DNA from: an uncultured Pseudomonadales bacterium
Lineage (GTDB): Bacteria; Pseudomonadota; Gammaproteobacteria; Pseudomonadales; UBA7434
Assembly (NCBI GenBank): GCA_943787705.1
Contig: CALSNL010000004.1
Coordinates: 8,158 to 72,157, forward strand
Direction: 5' to 3'
Length of the DNA stretch: 64,000 bases
The notes below the pieces were generated by a model, which made no database searches, was not told the DNA's origin, and was given only the letters and a program-made list of their open reading frames with translations. Every line of letters begins with the position of its first letter. Positions within the stretch are counted from its first letter, which is position 1. A program made the translations under genes and the position numbers. Positions 52,162-63,357 of the stretch are shown here, piece after piece.

Positions 52162-53598
52162 CTAAGCTCTTATTGACTGATTTTTTGCCCTATCGCTGGC
52201 AAAGTGTGGATCGAGAAAAGCCAACGCCTCACCCACGGTATAAAAAGATCCGAAGACCACTATTTTATCTTTATGCGAGGTGCTATGGATAGCCTCAATC
52301 AAACTTTCTTCGACGTTAAGCATGATCTTTGCGTCAATCTCACCCACATCGTCATCATTTGGCTGTTTATTTTCACCTATGGTGACTTGCCGCGCTTTTA
52401 ACAGGGATAATAACTGTTCTGGCGATTCGGCTCTTGGACAATGTTGCAGTGCAGGAAGGTACCATTTTTTGATCAATGGTAACGTACGGTCCAACATCGC
52501 TCCAATATCTTTATCTGCCATCACGGCAAAAATAGCGACCCATTTTTGATCTAAACACTGACCTTGATCAGCGCTTAAGCTCTTTTTAGCAAGGAAACCG
52601 GCCAAGCGCTCAACCGACTGGGTATTATGCGCCACATCGAGCAAAATCACCCTATCCTTATGCTCGACCAGCGATAAGCGACCCGCTAACTGCACTGAAG
52701 CAATCAGCGCTTTACATATGGCCGCAGAGGGCAAAGCCTCTAACATAAGCGCCACTTGCATAGCTGCACTCCAACTCGCTAAAGCCAGCTTAAAAGGCGG
52801 TAATTCAGGCGCGGTCATTAACGAGAGCGCTGTTACGCTGCCATCGACAGCAATACCCTGCCATTGACAAGATTCATCATCGATCACAAACCCATGACCA
52901 TCAGCGTTAGACTCTGCCACAGTATTATGCGCCCAGCGTACCTGACACTCTAACGAACTAACTCGTTCTTGCAGGCTGGTCGGCGGCTGACTATCGGCAA
53001 TGACCGCCATTTGCTTAGCCCGTAAAATACCGGCTTTCTCAACTGCAATCACTTCGCGATTGCTACCCAGCCAAGACTCATGATCTATAGCAATTTGAGT
53101 AATGACCGCGACATCGGCATCCACGACATTCACCGCATCGAGTCTACCGCCCAAACCCACTTCTAAAATAATATAATCAAGAGACGTCTGAGCAAACACC
53201 ACCAATGCAGCCAAGGTGGTAAATTCAAAATAACTCAACGATACATCTGTGACTAATCGCGCCTGATCAACGCTCTCTAGAGCTTGGCATAATGCCAACT
53301 CATCAATAGGCTGACCGTCTAAGGTGATACGTTCGGTAAAGCGGATTAAATGCGGCGAGGTATACGTTGCCACGCGAGGTGATGGCTTATCAAGGTGAGG
53401 CTGAGATAATAATGCTTGCAGTGCCGCTACGGTAGAACCTTTACCGTTGGTGCCAGCCACGGTGATTACCGTAGCAGAAAAAGATAATACCTTGAGATGT
53501 TTGGCAACAGCTAAAACACGGTCTAGCCCTAGATCAATTTCAACAGGGTGTAATTGTTCCAACCAGTTTAACCATGCATTCAGAGAGCTAAAGCGCAT
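52162..53598 (-). CDS. folC: Bifunctional folylpolyglutamate synthase/dihydrofolate synthase
   Basis: 478-aa Mur-ligase family protein (VAGTNGKGST, ..LEVGLGGRLDA..). Located downstream of accD. Confidence 0.9.
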   Translation of the reverse strand: MRFSSLNAWLNWLEQLHPVEIDLGLDRVLAVAKHLKVLSFSATVITVAGTNGKGSTVAALQALLSQPHLDKPSPRVATYTSPHLIRFTERITLDGQPIDELALCQALESVDQARLVTDVSLSYFEFTTLAALVVFAQTSLDYIILEVGLGGRLDAVNVVDADVAVITQIAIDHESWLGSNREVIAVEKAGILRAKQMAVIADSQPPTSLQERVSSLECQVRWAHNTVAESNADGHGFVIDDESCQWQGIAVDGSVTALSLMTAPELPPFKLALASWSAAMQVALMLEALPSAAICKALIASVQLAGRLSLVEHKDRVILLDVAHNTQSVERLAGFLAKKSLSADQGQCLDQKWVAIFAVMADKDIGAMLDRTLPLIKKWYLPALQHCPRAESPEQLLSLLKARQVTIGENKQPNDDDVGEIDAKIMLNVEESLIEAIHSTSHKDKIVVFGSFYTVGEALAFLDPHFASDRAKNQSIRA

Positions 53599-53669
53599 GA
53601 ATTTGATCTATACCTGTTAATTAAAATTAAAAAACAATTAAAAAACTAAACGCTTACCTTTCGTTATCG

Positions 53670-53743
53670 TTGTTCTAGTTTTTCGTAGTTGTTCTAGTTT
53701 TCATAGTTGTTGTAGATTTTCGTAGATGTTCTAGCTTTAGCTA
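53670..53743. repeat. Four tandem 18-19-bp repeats in the accD-folC spacer
   Basis: TTGTTCTAGTTTTTCGTAG / TTGTTCTAGTTTTCATAG / TTGTTGTAGATTTTCGTAG / ATGTTCTAGCTTTAGCTA. The last unit overlaps the accD stop codon (53737-53739). Confidence 0.85.
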
Positions 53744-54708
53744 TCATCTGCGACACGATCTTTAACAACAGGAATATATTCACCATCAGTCGCTTCAGCA
53801 TCAGTAACATCAAAACCCACAACCGAAGGCGATATAGTACTGCCCGCCGGTTCATGACGTAATTTACTGAGCAGCCTATCCAAGGTCGAACGCATATCTT
53901 GTCGCGATACAATCATATCGATAGCGCCACGTTCTAATAAAAACTCACTGCGTTGAAAGCCTTTCGGTAGCTTTTGTCGAATCGTTTGTTCAATAATTTT
54001 TGGACCAGCAAAACCAGCACGGGCATTAGGTTCAGCAATATTAATATCACCTAATAACGCTAAGCTTGCAGATACACCGCCATAAACGGGGTCCGTCATG
54101 ACTGACACATAAGGAATGCCGGCCTGTCGCATGCGCTCAAGCACAGCACTGGTTTTCGCCATTTGCATTAAAGAAATTAATGCTTCTTGCATGCGTGCAC
54201 CACCGGTTGCTGAAAAGCACACCATCGGACAACCTAACTCTAACGCAACATTAGCGGCGCGAGTAAACTTTTCACCTACCGCATAACCCATAGAGCCACC
54301 GTGAAAACTAAAGGCAAAGGCAACGGCAACAATGGGCTTACCACCTAAGGTTCCTTGAAAGGCAACTAAGGCATCTTTTTCGCCTGTCGTTTTTTGAGCT
54401 TGAATTAAACGGTCTTTATATTTTTTAGTATCTTTGAATTTTAAACGATCAATAGGCTCAACTTCGGTGGCCAATTCTACGCGAGACTCTTCGTCTAAAA
54501 AGATATCTAGACGTCGACGCGCATCAATACGCATATGGTGATTACACTTAGGGCAAACATCCAAATTGCGTTCAAGCTCTGGACGATACAATACCGCATC
54601 ACAGCGAACACATTTACGCCACAAACCTTCTGGGACAGATGAACGCTGCGCATCATCATCACTAGGACGAGACACAAAAGACGGCTTAATTTTATCTAAC
54701 CAACTCAT
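53737..54708 (-). CDS. accD: Acetyl-CoA carboxylase carboxyltransferase beta subunit
   Basis: [10 protein letters not shown].. start and a Zn-ribbon ([16 protein letters not shown]). The ORF track begins 4 codons upstream. Confidence 0.9.
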   Translation of the reverse strand: MSWLDKIKPSFVSRPSDDDAQRSSVPEGLWRKCVRCDAVLYRPELERNLDVCPKCNHHMRIDARRRLDIFLDEESRVELATEVEPIDRLKFKDTKKYKDRLIQAQKTTGEKDALVAFQGTLGGKPIVAVAFAFSFHGGSMGYAVGEKFTRAANVALELGCPMVCFSATGGARMQEALISLMQMAKTSAVLERMRQAGIPYVSVMTDPVYGGVSASLALLGDINIAEPNARAGFAGPKIIEQTIRQKLPKGFQRSEFLLERGAIDMIVSRQDMRSTLDRLLSKLRHEPAGSTISPSVVGFDVTDAEATDGEYIPVVKDRVADDS

Positions 54709-54771
54709 AACTATAACCAACCATTAATACTATTTTTAACGAATAAAATGAATTGTACAGTGAATCAATAC

Positions 54772-55641
54772 TTAGCGATTAGCGCCTTCAGCAATTTCAC
54801 TCACAATAGACAAAATACGCGCATTAACCACTTCTGCCAATGCCACTCTATCTTTACCGGCTAAAGGATCAACACTAGGATCGGCATCATCATCACGCGT
54901 TGCCATACCGACACTCTCACCCATACCATTAACTAATACGCTACCAACAACAACGCCATCGGCACACTGACCAATCGCTGCTGCAGAATCGCCATCTTTA
55001 ATACCAAAGCCAACACAAACAGGTAGCGATGTTGATGCTTTAATACCGTCCACTTTGCGTTTGACCTCATCGGTATCAATATGTCCTGCACCGGTTACAC
55101 CTTTGAGCGATACATAATAAATATAACCTGTCGCCATGGCGCAAATCGCTTTGGTACGTGATTCAGTCGTCGTTGGTGCAATTAAGAAAATCGTATCTAA
55201 CTGATACTCGCGAAATACAGCGTTCATATCGCCCGCTTCTTCCGGGGGCATATCAACCGTTAAAACGCCATCAACACCGGCAGTCGTGGCTGCTTTAGCA
55301 AAGGCGTCATAACCCATAACTTCAACCGGATTAGCGTAACCCATTAACACAACCGGCGTATTAGGGTCTTGCTGTCTAAACTCAGCAACCATGGCTAGCA
55401 CATCGCCCATACCTACGTTATGCGCTAAGGCTCGTTCATGACCTAACTGAATTACCGGCCCTTCAGCCATAGGATCAGAAAAAGGCACGCCAAGCTCAAT
55501 AATATCAGCGCCCGCTGCAACCAGTGTATGCATGGCTGGCACAGTAATTTCGCGCCACGGATCACCAGCAACAATATACGGAACAACGGCTTTACGACCG
55601 CTCGCTTTACAAGCCTCTAAACACGCGGCTATTCGACTCAT
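54772..55641 (-). CDS. trpA: Tryptophan synthase alpha chain
   Basis: 289 aa: ..[18 protein letters not shown].., ..YVSLKGVTG.. It has an unusually long C-terminal extension (~30 aa). Confidence 0.9.
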   Translation of the reverse strand: MSRIAACLEACKASGRKAVVPYIVAGDPWREITVPAMHTLVAAGADIIELGVPFSDPMAEGPVIQLGHERALAHNVGMGDVLAMVAEFRQQDPNTPVVLMGYANPVEVMGYDAFAKAATTAGVDGVLTVDMPPEEAGDMNAVFREYQLDTIFLIAPTTTESRTKAICAMATGYIYYVSLKGVTGAGHIDTDEVKRKVDGIKASTSLPVCVGFGIKDGDSAAAIGQCADGVVVGSVLVNGMGESVGMATRDDDADPSVDPLAGKDRVALAEVVNARILSIVSEIAEGANR

Positions 55642-56870
55642 AAGGTAATACCGTCAATATCTGCAACTGTTAAAATGTCTTTATCTCCACGACCAGAAAG
55701 GTTCACCAAGATAGTTTTATCTTTATCCATCTCACGAGCTAATTTAGCCGCATAAGCTAATGCATGGCTGGTTTCAAGTGCAGGCATAATCCCTTCGATT
55801 TGCGTTAACGCTCTAAATGCATCCATCGCTTCATCATCAGTAACCGCAACATAATTAACCCTACCCATATCTTTTAACCAAGAATGCTCAGGGCCAACAC
55901 CGGGATAATCCAAACCGGCAGAAATAGAATGCGTATCAATAATCTGGCCGTTTTCATCTTCCATTAAGTAAGTACGGTTGCCGTGTAAAATGCCTGGCTT
56001 GCCATCATTTAATGGCGCTGCGTGCTTACCGGTTTCAACGCCAAAACCACCGGCTTCAACACCATACATAGCTACTGTTTCGTCTTCTAAAAACGGGTGA
56101 AATAAACCAATAGCATTGGAACCACCGCCCACACAAGCCACTAAGGCATCGGGAAGGTGGTCGGTTTGCGCTACCATTTGTCGTCGCGCTTCACGACCAA
56201 TAACCGATTGGAAATCACGCACTAATTGCGGATAAGGTGCTGGACCAGCAACCGTGCCGATAATATAAAAGGTATTATCAACGTTAGTCACCCAATCACG
56301 CAGGGCTTCATTCATTGCATCTTTTAATGTGCGGCTACCCGATGTTACGGGAATAACTTCAGCACCTAACAACTTCATGCGATAAACATTTAATGACTGA
56401 CGCTTAACATCTTCTGCGCCCATAAATACTTGGCATTCCATACCAAAGCGAGCGGCTACCGTTGCTGTAGCAACACCGTGCTGCCCTGCGCCTGTTTCAG
56501 CAATCACTCTTGGCTTACCCATATGCTTGGCTAGCAGGGCTTGTCCAATCGTGTTATTCACTTTATGCGCGCCAGTATGATTTAAATCTTCACGCTTAAG
56601 AAAAATTTGCGCACCACCAATTTGCTTACTCCAACGCTCGGCATGATAAATAGGCGATGGGCGACCGACATAGTGTGCTAAGTCTCTATCGAATTCTGCC
56701 TGAAAAGCCGCGGTATCTTTTAATGAAAGATACGCTTCCTGCAGCTCATCTAACGCTGCGATTAAAGTTTCAGACACAAAGCGACCGCCGTAGGGACCAA
56801 AATGGCCGCGTTCATCGGGCATGGCTGCATAATCAATTTTTTTAGGATCAAGACTAAAAGGTGTTTGCAT
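55638..56870 (-). CDS. trpB: Tryptophan synthase beta chain
   Basis: 410 aa: ..[16 protein letters not shown].. (PLP-Lys), [12 protein letters not shown] overlap with trpA. Confidence 0.95.
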   Translation of the reverse strand: MQTPFSLDPKKIDYAAMPDERGHFGPYGGRFVSETLIAALDELQEAYLSLKDTAAFQAEFDRDLAHYVGRPSPIYHAERWSKQIGGAQIFLKREDLNHTGAHKVNNTIGQALLAKHMGKPRVIAETGAGQHGVATATVAARFGMECQVFMGAEDVKRQSLNVYRMKLLGAEVIPVTSGSRTLKDAMNEALRDWVTNVDNTFYIIGTVAGPAPYPQLVRDFQSVIGREARRQMVAQTDHLPDALVACVGGGSNAIGLFHPFLEDETVAMYGVEAGGFGVETGKHAAPLNDGKPGILHGNRTYLMEDENGQIIDTHSISAGLDYPGVGPEHSWLKDMGRVNYVAVTDDEAMDAFRALTQIEGIMPALETSHALAYAAKLAREMDKDKTILVNLSGRGDKDILTVADIDGITL

Positions 56871-56956
56871 AACAAATACTCTAACAACTCAAATAAAAAT
56901 TAAATAAAGCTAACGGTAATTCTTTTTATCAATCGATTCATTTACTTGTCGATTTA

Positions 56957-57688
56957 TTACTTATCGACCAACTCATTAATCGGTGCGTCAATCGGTGCAT
57001 CATTTTGCATAACCGACTGCATAAACTGATTAATTTTTGCAAGATCTTTAACGCCGGGTGACACTTCCACACCGCTGCTCACATCAACCGCATAAGGCGC
57101 AACTTCAGCCATGGCCTGCGCAACGTTATCGGCATCAAGGCCACCGGCTAACACTAAAGGTTGATCAAGTTCGGCGGGAATTTTTGACCAGTCAAAGGTC
57201 TTTCCGGTACCGCCAGGAACGCCCTTTTCATAAGCGTCCAATAAAAAGCCCTGCGCCATACTATGCGCTTCTATCTGCTGCAAAGCCTGCTCAGCATTAT
57301 CAGCACTAATTCTGATTGCCTTGATATAGGGTGTAGCAAACTGCTGACAAAAATCCGGACTCTCATCACCGTGAAACTGAATCAATGATAACGGCACAAT
57401 ATCGAGGACGGCTTGCACCTCACTGGCCGAGGCATTCACAAACAGCCCTACTCGCTCAATAAACGGCGGTAACAACTGACACAACTCAGCGGCACGTTCG
57501 GCACTGACGGCGCGCGGGCTGGGTGGATAAAACACAAAGCCCAGCGCATCGGCACCCGCATGAGCAGCTTCTACAGCGTCTTGCTCGCGAGTGATACCGC
57601 ATATTTTTACCCGTGTTCTAGTCGGTCGTTGGCTAGATTCGGAAGTTAGGCTACTCATTGCACGACTCGTTAACTTGGCCACTGGCAT
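56957..57688 (-). CDS. trpF: N-(5'-phosphoribosyl)anthranilate isomerase
   Basis: ..VKICGITREQDA..GADALGFVF.., ..GGLDADNV.. The true start is probably the internal Met (MSSLTS, about 57658). Confidence 0.85.
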   Translation of the reverse strand: MPVAKLTSRAMSSLTSESSQRPTRTRVKICGITREQDAVEAAHAGADALGFVFYPPSPRAVSAERAAELCQLLPPFIERVGLFVNASASEVQAVLDIVPLSLIQFHGDESPDFCQQFATPYIKAIRISADNAEQALQQIEAHSMAQGFLLDAYEKGVPGGTGKTFDWSKIPAELDQPLVLAGGLDADNVAQAMAEVAPYAVDVSSGVEVSPGVKDLAKINQFMQSVMQNDAPIDAPINELVDK

Positions 57689-57925
57689 GGCCAGTAAATC
57701 GGTTATTTGTACTGCATTTTAATTAAGTCGTTAGCTTAGCAAATAGGCCCCTACTTGTCGCCGGTTTATGAGCCCAGAAATACCAACTTAAAGTGCATTC
57801 CAAGGCCAATTAAGCTTATTTTGAGGTGATCTAAAAAGGCACTTATAACGTGTGCAATAAAAACACAACTTGAATCAAAGATAGGATAAAAACTTATATT
57901 CACTGAAGAGATAAACACTCAAGCC

Positions 57926-58774
57926 TTAAAAAAGCGATCGTTCAGCCTCGGGCAAGTCATATTTAGCCGGATAGGTCACCGCCATCAAATACAGGCCATC
58001 GGGCTTAGCGGTAGCTGCGGCTAGCGCCCTATTTTTTGCTAGCAACAGCGTCTTAACCCAGTTCACTGGCTGCTTTTCAGTCCCTACCGCCATCAAGGTG
58101 CCGGCGATATTGCGCACCATATGCAATAAAAAGGCATTCGCCTCAATTTCAATGCATATCCGCTCGCCGTGGCGCTTAACGCTGACCGCATGCACATTAC
58201 GCATAGCCGTTTTACTTTCACAGGCAATAGCCCTAAAAGAGGTGAAATCCTGCTCGCCGACTAAGGCCTGCGCTGCCTGATGCATTAATGATTCATTCAG
58301 TGGTTTAGAGCAATGGGTCATCAAGCTACTGAAAATACCGGGCCTAACAGCTGCGTTGTGGATCCAATATTGATAACGGCGAGCGCTTGCTGAGAATCGA
58401 GCATGGAAATCAGTGTCGACCTCTTTTGCCCAAACCACTCTTATGGCACTAGGAAGCAAGCTATTCACCCCCATGGTCCAAGCTTTTAACTCGCGAGGGT
58501 TGCTCACCTCAAAATGCGCCACCTGCCCTGTTGCATGGACACCGGCATCGGTTCGTCCTGCGCAAATAAGGGTTATTTTTTGGTCGGCGACTTTGCATAG
58601 TGCATCTTCTACGGCCATTTGAATGGTGGCTACTGGGGGCTTGGTTTGTCGTTGCCAGCCATGGAAGTCTGCGCCGTTGTATTCGACGCCAATGGCGATT
58701 CGTCTTAGCGCTGCAGGTGCAGAGTCGGAATTATCTGTATCGCTGGCAGTGGCTTTTTGAGTGTCCGATGACAA
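57926..58774 (-). CDS. truA: tRNA pseudouridine(38-40) synthase
   Basis: 282 aa: ..GVEYNGADFHGWQRQ.., ..AGRTDAGVHATGQV.. (catalytic Asp). Confidence 0.9.
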   Translation of the reverse strand: MSSDTQKATASDTDNSDSAPAALRRIAIGVEYNGADFHGWQRQTKPPVATIQMAVEDALCKVADQKITLICAGRTDAGVHATGQVAHFEVSNPRELKAWTMGVNSLLPSAIRVVWAKEVDTDFHARFSASARRYQYWIHNAAVRPGIFSSLMTHCSKPLNESLMHQAAQALVGEQDFTSFRAIACESKTAMRNVHAVSVKRHGERICIEIEANAFLLHMVRNIAGTLMAVGTEKQPVNWVKTLLLAKNRALAAATAKPDGLYLMAVTYPAKYDLPEAERSLF

Positions 58775-58947
58775 TGGTTTGTGCCTTAGTTGGTACGGTA
58801 TTAGCCGATGGATGGGTGGAGATTTTAATGTGAGGGGGATAATGCCAGATATGGCGATTATTGCAATTGGGATTGGCTGATTGGGCTTATGGATTTATGC
58901 GAGCGTTAATGGATTTGGTGATTTGGAGGAGTGAGTGTGTTTTTTTG

Positions 58948-58983
58948 AGTTTTCAGGTCAAGACCGTCGGGAGCGGCCCGACA
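58948..58983. repeat. REP-like hairpin-containing repeat, copy a (intergenic)
   Basis: AGTTTTCAGGTCAAGACCGTCGGGAGCGGCCCGACA contains the palindromic arms GTCGGG/CCCGAC. It matches the copy at 59055-59090 at 31 of 36 positions. Confidence 0.75.
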
Positions 58984-59000
58984 TGCCAGAGTCCTGATCT

Positions 59001-61076
59001 TTAAGCTTTATCTGATAGTGTTTTTATATTCTGGATTTTTAGTTTATTTTTTATAGTTTTCAGTTCAAGGTCGTCGGGGGTGGCCCGACAGCCATCATCC
59101 GTAGGTGTAGCAACCGTATCTTCAGGCCACCAATCAGCAATATTCTCAACCTCTTTTAACAAGGCCTCTGCAGCAACATTAACAGTTGGATCTACCGACA
59201 ATAAAGCCTGACAAGCATTACGGAATAAATCAGGACTTTGTTGCGCCACAAATAATTCAAGCCGCTTAAGCTGTAAATCAATCCGTGTAGGTTCGGCTTC
59301 AATGGCGTTATCTAACATTTCTCGCGCTTGCTCATAGCGACCGTAGGCTAAATAAATATCGGCCTCGGCAATAACGTCTCGCTCAGCATCGAAATCTTCA
59401 GTCGCTTTATCAGTAGCTGAAACATTGCCATCAAAATCATTCTCTAACTCAGCAGCCTCGCTTTCGCTAACTTCAGTGATGATCGACTCATCTAAATCGC
59501 GACTATCTAAATCATAGCCATCAGCATCTGCATCTGCACTTTCATCAACAGCCATATCATAACTTTCTTCTTCAGCCTCATCCTCATCGAGACTCGTATC
59601 GATATCTTCATCGGCCAGTGGCTCTACTCGCTCAAAAACCGTTGCCTCGTAGGCATCATCGCGGCGCGCAAAAAACCACATAAAAATAGCGATTAGCGCA
59701 GCAACAAAAGCAACTCCAATACCAACTAACCACTCAACACTTATTGATAATGTATTCGCTAGCGCTTCTAATGGCCCAACCTCAGCGACTGGCGTATTAG
59801 CATTGGTTTTAGGTGTTGCATCGTCTTGAGCGCTGTCTGTAGCTGCAGCCTCTAAAGCCGCTTTACGCTCTTCGATAGCCATACGCATTGATGCTAACTC
59901 TTGATCCTTTAGTGACACCAATTGCTCAAGATCACCTAACTGCGACTCCATGGCCGCTAAGCGTGTATCCATTGTCGTGTTTTCAACTGCGGCACGATCA
60001 AGGTTTTCTAAACTAATTGCCAGCTCGTTGCGCAGTCGATTAATCTCTACGCTAACGCCTTGATCTAATGCGTTACCAGCAAGACTACGCGTATCTGAAT
60101 CGTTATTGATTAATGCATTAACGGACGCAGTATCATCAACGGCTGCCAACTGTAAATGACCTTCTGTTGCCTCAGGCTGTGCAGCCGAAGACTGCGTCGA
60201 CTCACGCGCATCTAACACTGGGTTTAAATCTGTATTACTGTTGCTTTGACCGCTCTGCCAATCTAATTGCTGCTCAGCAACGGATTGCTGCGCTTCTTGT
60301 TCACTCACACGGTTGGCCGACATGCCGACAGGTAAACGTAAAACCGCGCCTTTTTTTAACAGGTTAATATTGTTATTGATAAAAGCGTTAGGGTTGGTCG
60401 CTTGCAGGGCCAACATCGTTTGATTGATAGATGCGCCCTCTTCTCTCACCCGTTTTGCAATACGCCATAAAGTGTCATTAGCGCGAACAGTCACTGCCGA
60501 GCCTGCTTCGGCAGCGAGGTTATTATTCGATGATGGCGTATTTGCCGCTGGCGTGGCCGACGGCTTTGCTGGCATGGAGGATCTTACAACGGGTTTAGTC
60601 TTAGTTCTGTTTGGCGGCGGAGTGACCGGCGGAGCAGAAACAACAACCGGCTTAACAATGCGCGCCGGTGCAGCAGAATAATTAGGTAGGTCGAGTAATA
60701 CGGTGTATTCGCGCAGTAGACGACCTTTTGGCCAGCGCAGCTCTACTAAAAAATTGAGATAAGGCTCTAACACCACATCGGGGGTCTGTAATCGTAAAAC
60801 AGGCGTGCCGGACTCGCCGCGCTCAACGGTAAATTCTAAGCTCGATAAAAAATAATTTCGTTCAACTTCTGCCCTTGCAAAATCCGCTTTAGACGCTAAC
60901 GATACTAATATCTGTGAGGCATCCAGACCATCGGCATGAACTAAGGGAATCTCAGCATTCAAACGTTCATTTACCGCTGAAGAAACCTTAATATCACCCA
61001 GTCCTAAGGCGTATAAAACTGAGGAATGCATTAAACCAACCAATGCAATCGCTGTAGCAAGCTTACTTTTCATCAT
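59001..61076 (-). CDS. fimV: FimV-like peptidoglycan-binding (LysM) motility/polarity protein
   Basis: Signal/TM N-terminus, LysM (VTVRANDTLWRIAKRV), an acidic coiled-coil middle, a TM segment (WLVGIGVAFVAALIAIFMWFF), and the C-terminal FimV motif (DIYLAYGRYEQAREMLDNAIE). Located between asd and truA as in Pseudomonas. ATG at 61076 follows AGGA. Confidence 0.8.
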   Translation of the reverse strand: MMKSKLATAIALVGLMHSSVLYALGLGDIKVSSAVNERLNAEIPLVHADGLDASQILVSLASKADFARAEVERNYFLSSLEFTVERGESGTPVLRLQTPDVVLEPYLNFLVELRWPKGRLLREYTVLLDLPNYSAAPARIVKPVVVSAPPVTPPPNRTKTKPVVRSSMPAKPSATPAANTPSSNNNLAAEAGSAVTVRANDTLWRIAKRVREEGASINQTMLALQATNPNAFINNNINLLKKGAVLRLPVGMSANRVSEQEAQQSVAEQQLDWQSGQSNSNTDLNPVLDARESTQSSAAQPEATEGHLQLAAVDDTASVNALINNDSDTRSLAGNALDQGVSVEINRLRNELAISLENLDRAAVENTTMDTRLAAMESQLGDLEQLVSLKDQELASMRMAIEERKAALEAAATDSAQDDATPKTNANTPVAEVGPLEALANTLSISVEWLVGIGVAFVAALIAIFMWFFARRDDAYEATVFERVEPLADEDIDTSLDEDEAEEESYDMAVDESADADADGYDLDSRDLDESIITEVSESEAAELENDFDGNVSATDKATEDFDAERDVIAEADIYLAYGRYEQAREMLDNAIEAEPTRIDLQLKRLELFVAQQSPDLFRNACQALLSVDPTVNVAAEALLKEVENIADWWPEDTVATPTDDGCRATPDDLELKTIKNKLKIQNIKTLSDKA
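59055..59090. repeat. REP-like hairpin-containing repeat, copy b (inside the fimV 3' end)
   Basis: AGTTTTCAGTTCAAGGTCGTCGGGGGTGGCCCGACA. The preceding T-rich ~12 bp is also similar between the two copies. Confidence 0.75.
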
Positions 61077-61618
61077 CTGGAATCCTGTTGCCAAATCGAA
61101 CAAAATCGAGTCAAATCGAAAGAGTATATTAATGGTGATACCGAAAACCCTTCATTGAGACAACAAAAGAAAGGATAGGTTTTGAACCAACGCTTAAATC
61201 ATAAAATAGAATACGACTCATAGAGTTGCTATCAACCATAGTAGTTATAGCAAATAGGAGCCTATAGCGGAGCCCAGCAATGATGATACGTTAATTGGTT
61301 CTCAGATTTTTATAGCTAACTGGAAATAATCGAGGTAATACGAAGGGATAAGAGCAGATATTAAGCATACTTCGGTTGACGAAAATGTGAATAATGGCTC
61401 CGCCTCCACACCACTAGTAGGAGACACCTGGTATGAACCCTTATTCACATTTCCCGCCAACAGAAATACTTAATTTCAGTGTAGACAGGAAATAGAGAAA
61501 AGAAAGGCGATAAGTAAATATTTTCTATAACACCAGATGCTGCTCAAACATCAAACAAAAAAGGCCGATCAACTGACGCTTTGCCAGACCGATCAACCTT
61601 TATTGATAAAACGACTTG

Positions 61619-62641
61619 CTACAAATGATCTTTGATTAAACACTCAGCAATTTGAATACTATTTAACGCCGCACCCTTTCGAACGTTATCCGACACAATC
61701 CACATATCAAGACCGTTAGGGTGTGAAATATCTTCACGGATACGACCGACATAAGTAGGATCGGTACCTGCACCATCACTGACCGGTGTTGGATAACCGC
61801 CATCGGCATGATCATCAATCACCACAATACCCGGAGCATTCTCAAGTAACTCGCGCGCTTGCTCAGCACTAATTTTTTGCTCAGTTTCAATATGCACCGC
61901 TTCAGAGTGACCAAAGAAAACCGGCACTCGAACACAGGTTGGATTCACTTGGATATTGGCATCGGCAAAGATTTTTTGCGTTTCCCAAACCATTTTCATC
62001 TCTTCTTTGGTATAGCCATTATCAAGAAACACATCGATATGCGGAAGAACATTAAAGGCGATTTGCTTAGGGTAGACTTTTGTTTCAGCAGGCTGACCAT
62101 TGAGTAATCTCGCTGTCTGTCCTGCTAATTCTTCAATCGCATCTTTACCTGTGCCCGAAACGGCTTGATAGGTTGCAACATTAATTCGCGTAATACCCAC
62201 GGCATCATAAATCGGCTTTAACGCCACTAACATCTGAATGGTTGAGCAATTCGGATTCGCAATAATATTACGATTACGATAATCAGCAATCGCATCGGCA
62301 TTCACCTCAGGCACCACTAATGGAATATCATCGTCGTAACGAAAGTGCGAAGTGTTATCAATAACGATACAGCCCGCATCAGCGGCAATAGGCGCATACT
62401 CGGCAGACAAACTTCCGCCAGCAGAAAACAAACCAATTTGCGCTTTAGAGAAATCAAAATCAACTAAGTTCTCAACCTTAACCGACTTACCTCTAAACTG
62501 AATGCGCTTTCCCGCCGAACGCTCGCTCGCCAATGGATAAAGCGTACCCACAGGGAATTCTCGCTGCTCTAAAATTTCTATCATTGCCTGACCAACAGCG
62601 CCGGTGGCGCCCATCACGACAACATCAAATGTTCTGGACAT
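61619..62641 (-). CDS. asd: Aspartate-semialdehyde dehydrogenase
   Basis: 340 aa: VVVMGATGAVGQ, the active site ..NPNCSTI.., and ..DNVRKGAA.. Confidence 0.9.
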   Translation of the reverse strand: MSRTFDVVVMGATGAVGQAMIEILEQREFPVGTLYPLASERSAGKRIQFRGKSVKVENLVDFDFSKAQIGLFSAGGSLSAEYAPIAADAGCIVIDNTSHFRYDDDIPLVVPEVNADAIADYRNRNIIANPNCSTIQMLVALKPIYDAVGITRINVATYQAVSGTGKDAIEELAGQTARLLNGQPAETKVYPKQIAFNVLPHIDVFLDNGYTKEEMKMVWETQKIFADANIQVNPTCVRVPVFFGHSEAVHIETEQKISAEQARELLENAPGIVVIDDHADGGYPTPVSDGAGTDPTYVGRIREDISHPNGLDMWIVSDNVRKGAALNSIQIAECLIKDHL

Positions 62642-62715
62642 TCTAAATTACTCCAAATAAAAATATTATGGCTAAGCTATTTAATAAGCGCTTAGGCAAA
62701 TAGCTGCATTAACAG

Positions 62716-63354
62716 CTATACGAACAACCAAGGTGCCACTTTTTTATGCCCTTCTTCAAACGCTGATATAGCGTCTGAGCTTTCTAGCGTTAATGCAATG
62801 TCATCAAGACCATTTAGCAAGCAATGCTTTCGAAAGCCATCGACTTCAAAATCAATGGTGCTGCCATCAGTCAAAGTGATTTTTTGCGACTCAAGGTCAA
62901 CCGCTAATGAATAGCCTTCATTGGCTTCAACGTTAGCAAATAACTGATCGATAATCGCCTCATCCAACTCAATCGGAAGAATGCCATTTTTAAAACAGTT
63001 ATTAAAAAAGATATCCGCAAAGCTTGGCGCAATTAAACAACTAAAACCATAATCTTCTAATGCCCACGGCGCATGCTCACGACTTGAACCACAGCCGAAG
63101 TTTTGACGTGAAATCATAATACTAGCTTCTTTGTAGCGCGGCTGATTCAACGAAAAATCGTTATTCAATGGACGCGAAGTGCAATCCATATCAGGCTCGC
63201 CTTTATCGAGATAACGCAGTTCATCAAATAAGTAAGGACCAAAGCCTGAACGCTTAATCGATTTTAAAAATTGCTTAGGAATAATCATATCGGTATCAAC
63301 GTTAGCGCGATCAAGCGGCATAACAATACCTTCATGTTGAGTAAATGCTTTCAT
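62716..63354 (-). CDS. leuD: 3-isopropylmalate dehydratase small subunit
   Basis: 212 aa: ..[12 protein letters not shown].., ..[15 protein letters not shown].. Confidence 0.95.
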   Translation of the reverse strand: MKAFTQHEGIVMPLDRANVDTDMIIPKQFLKSIKRSGFGPYLFDELRYLDKGEPDMDCTSRPLNNDFSLNQPRYKEASIMISRQNFGCGSSREHAPWALEDYGFSCLIAPSFADIFFNNCFKNGILPIELDEAIIDQLFANVEANEGYSLAVDLESQKITLTDGSTIDFEVDGFRKHCLLNGLDDIALTLESSDAISAFEEGHKKVAPWLFV

Positions 63355-63357
63355 GTC

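Noticed and set aside
53670-53743. Tandem repeats considered as a CRISPR array.
   Set aside because: The units are contiguous with no unique spacers, are only 18-19 bp long and degenerate, and there are no cas genes in the window.
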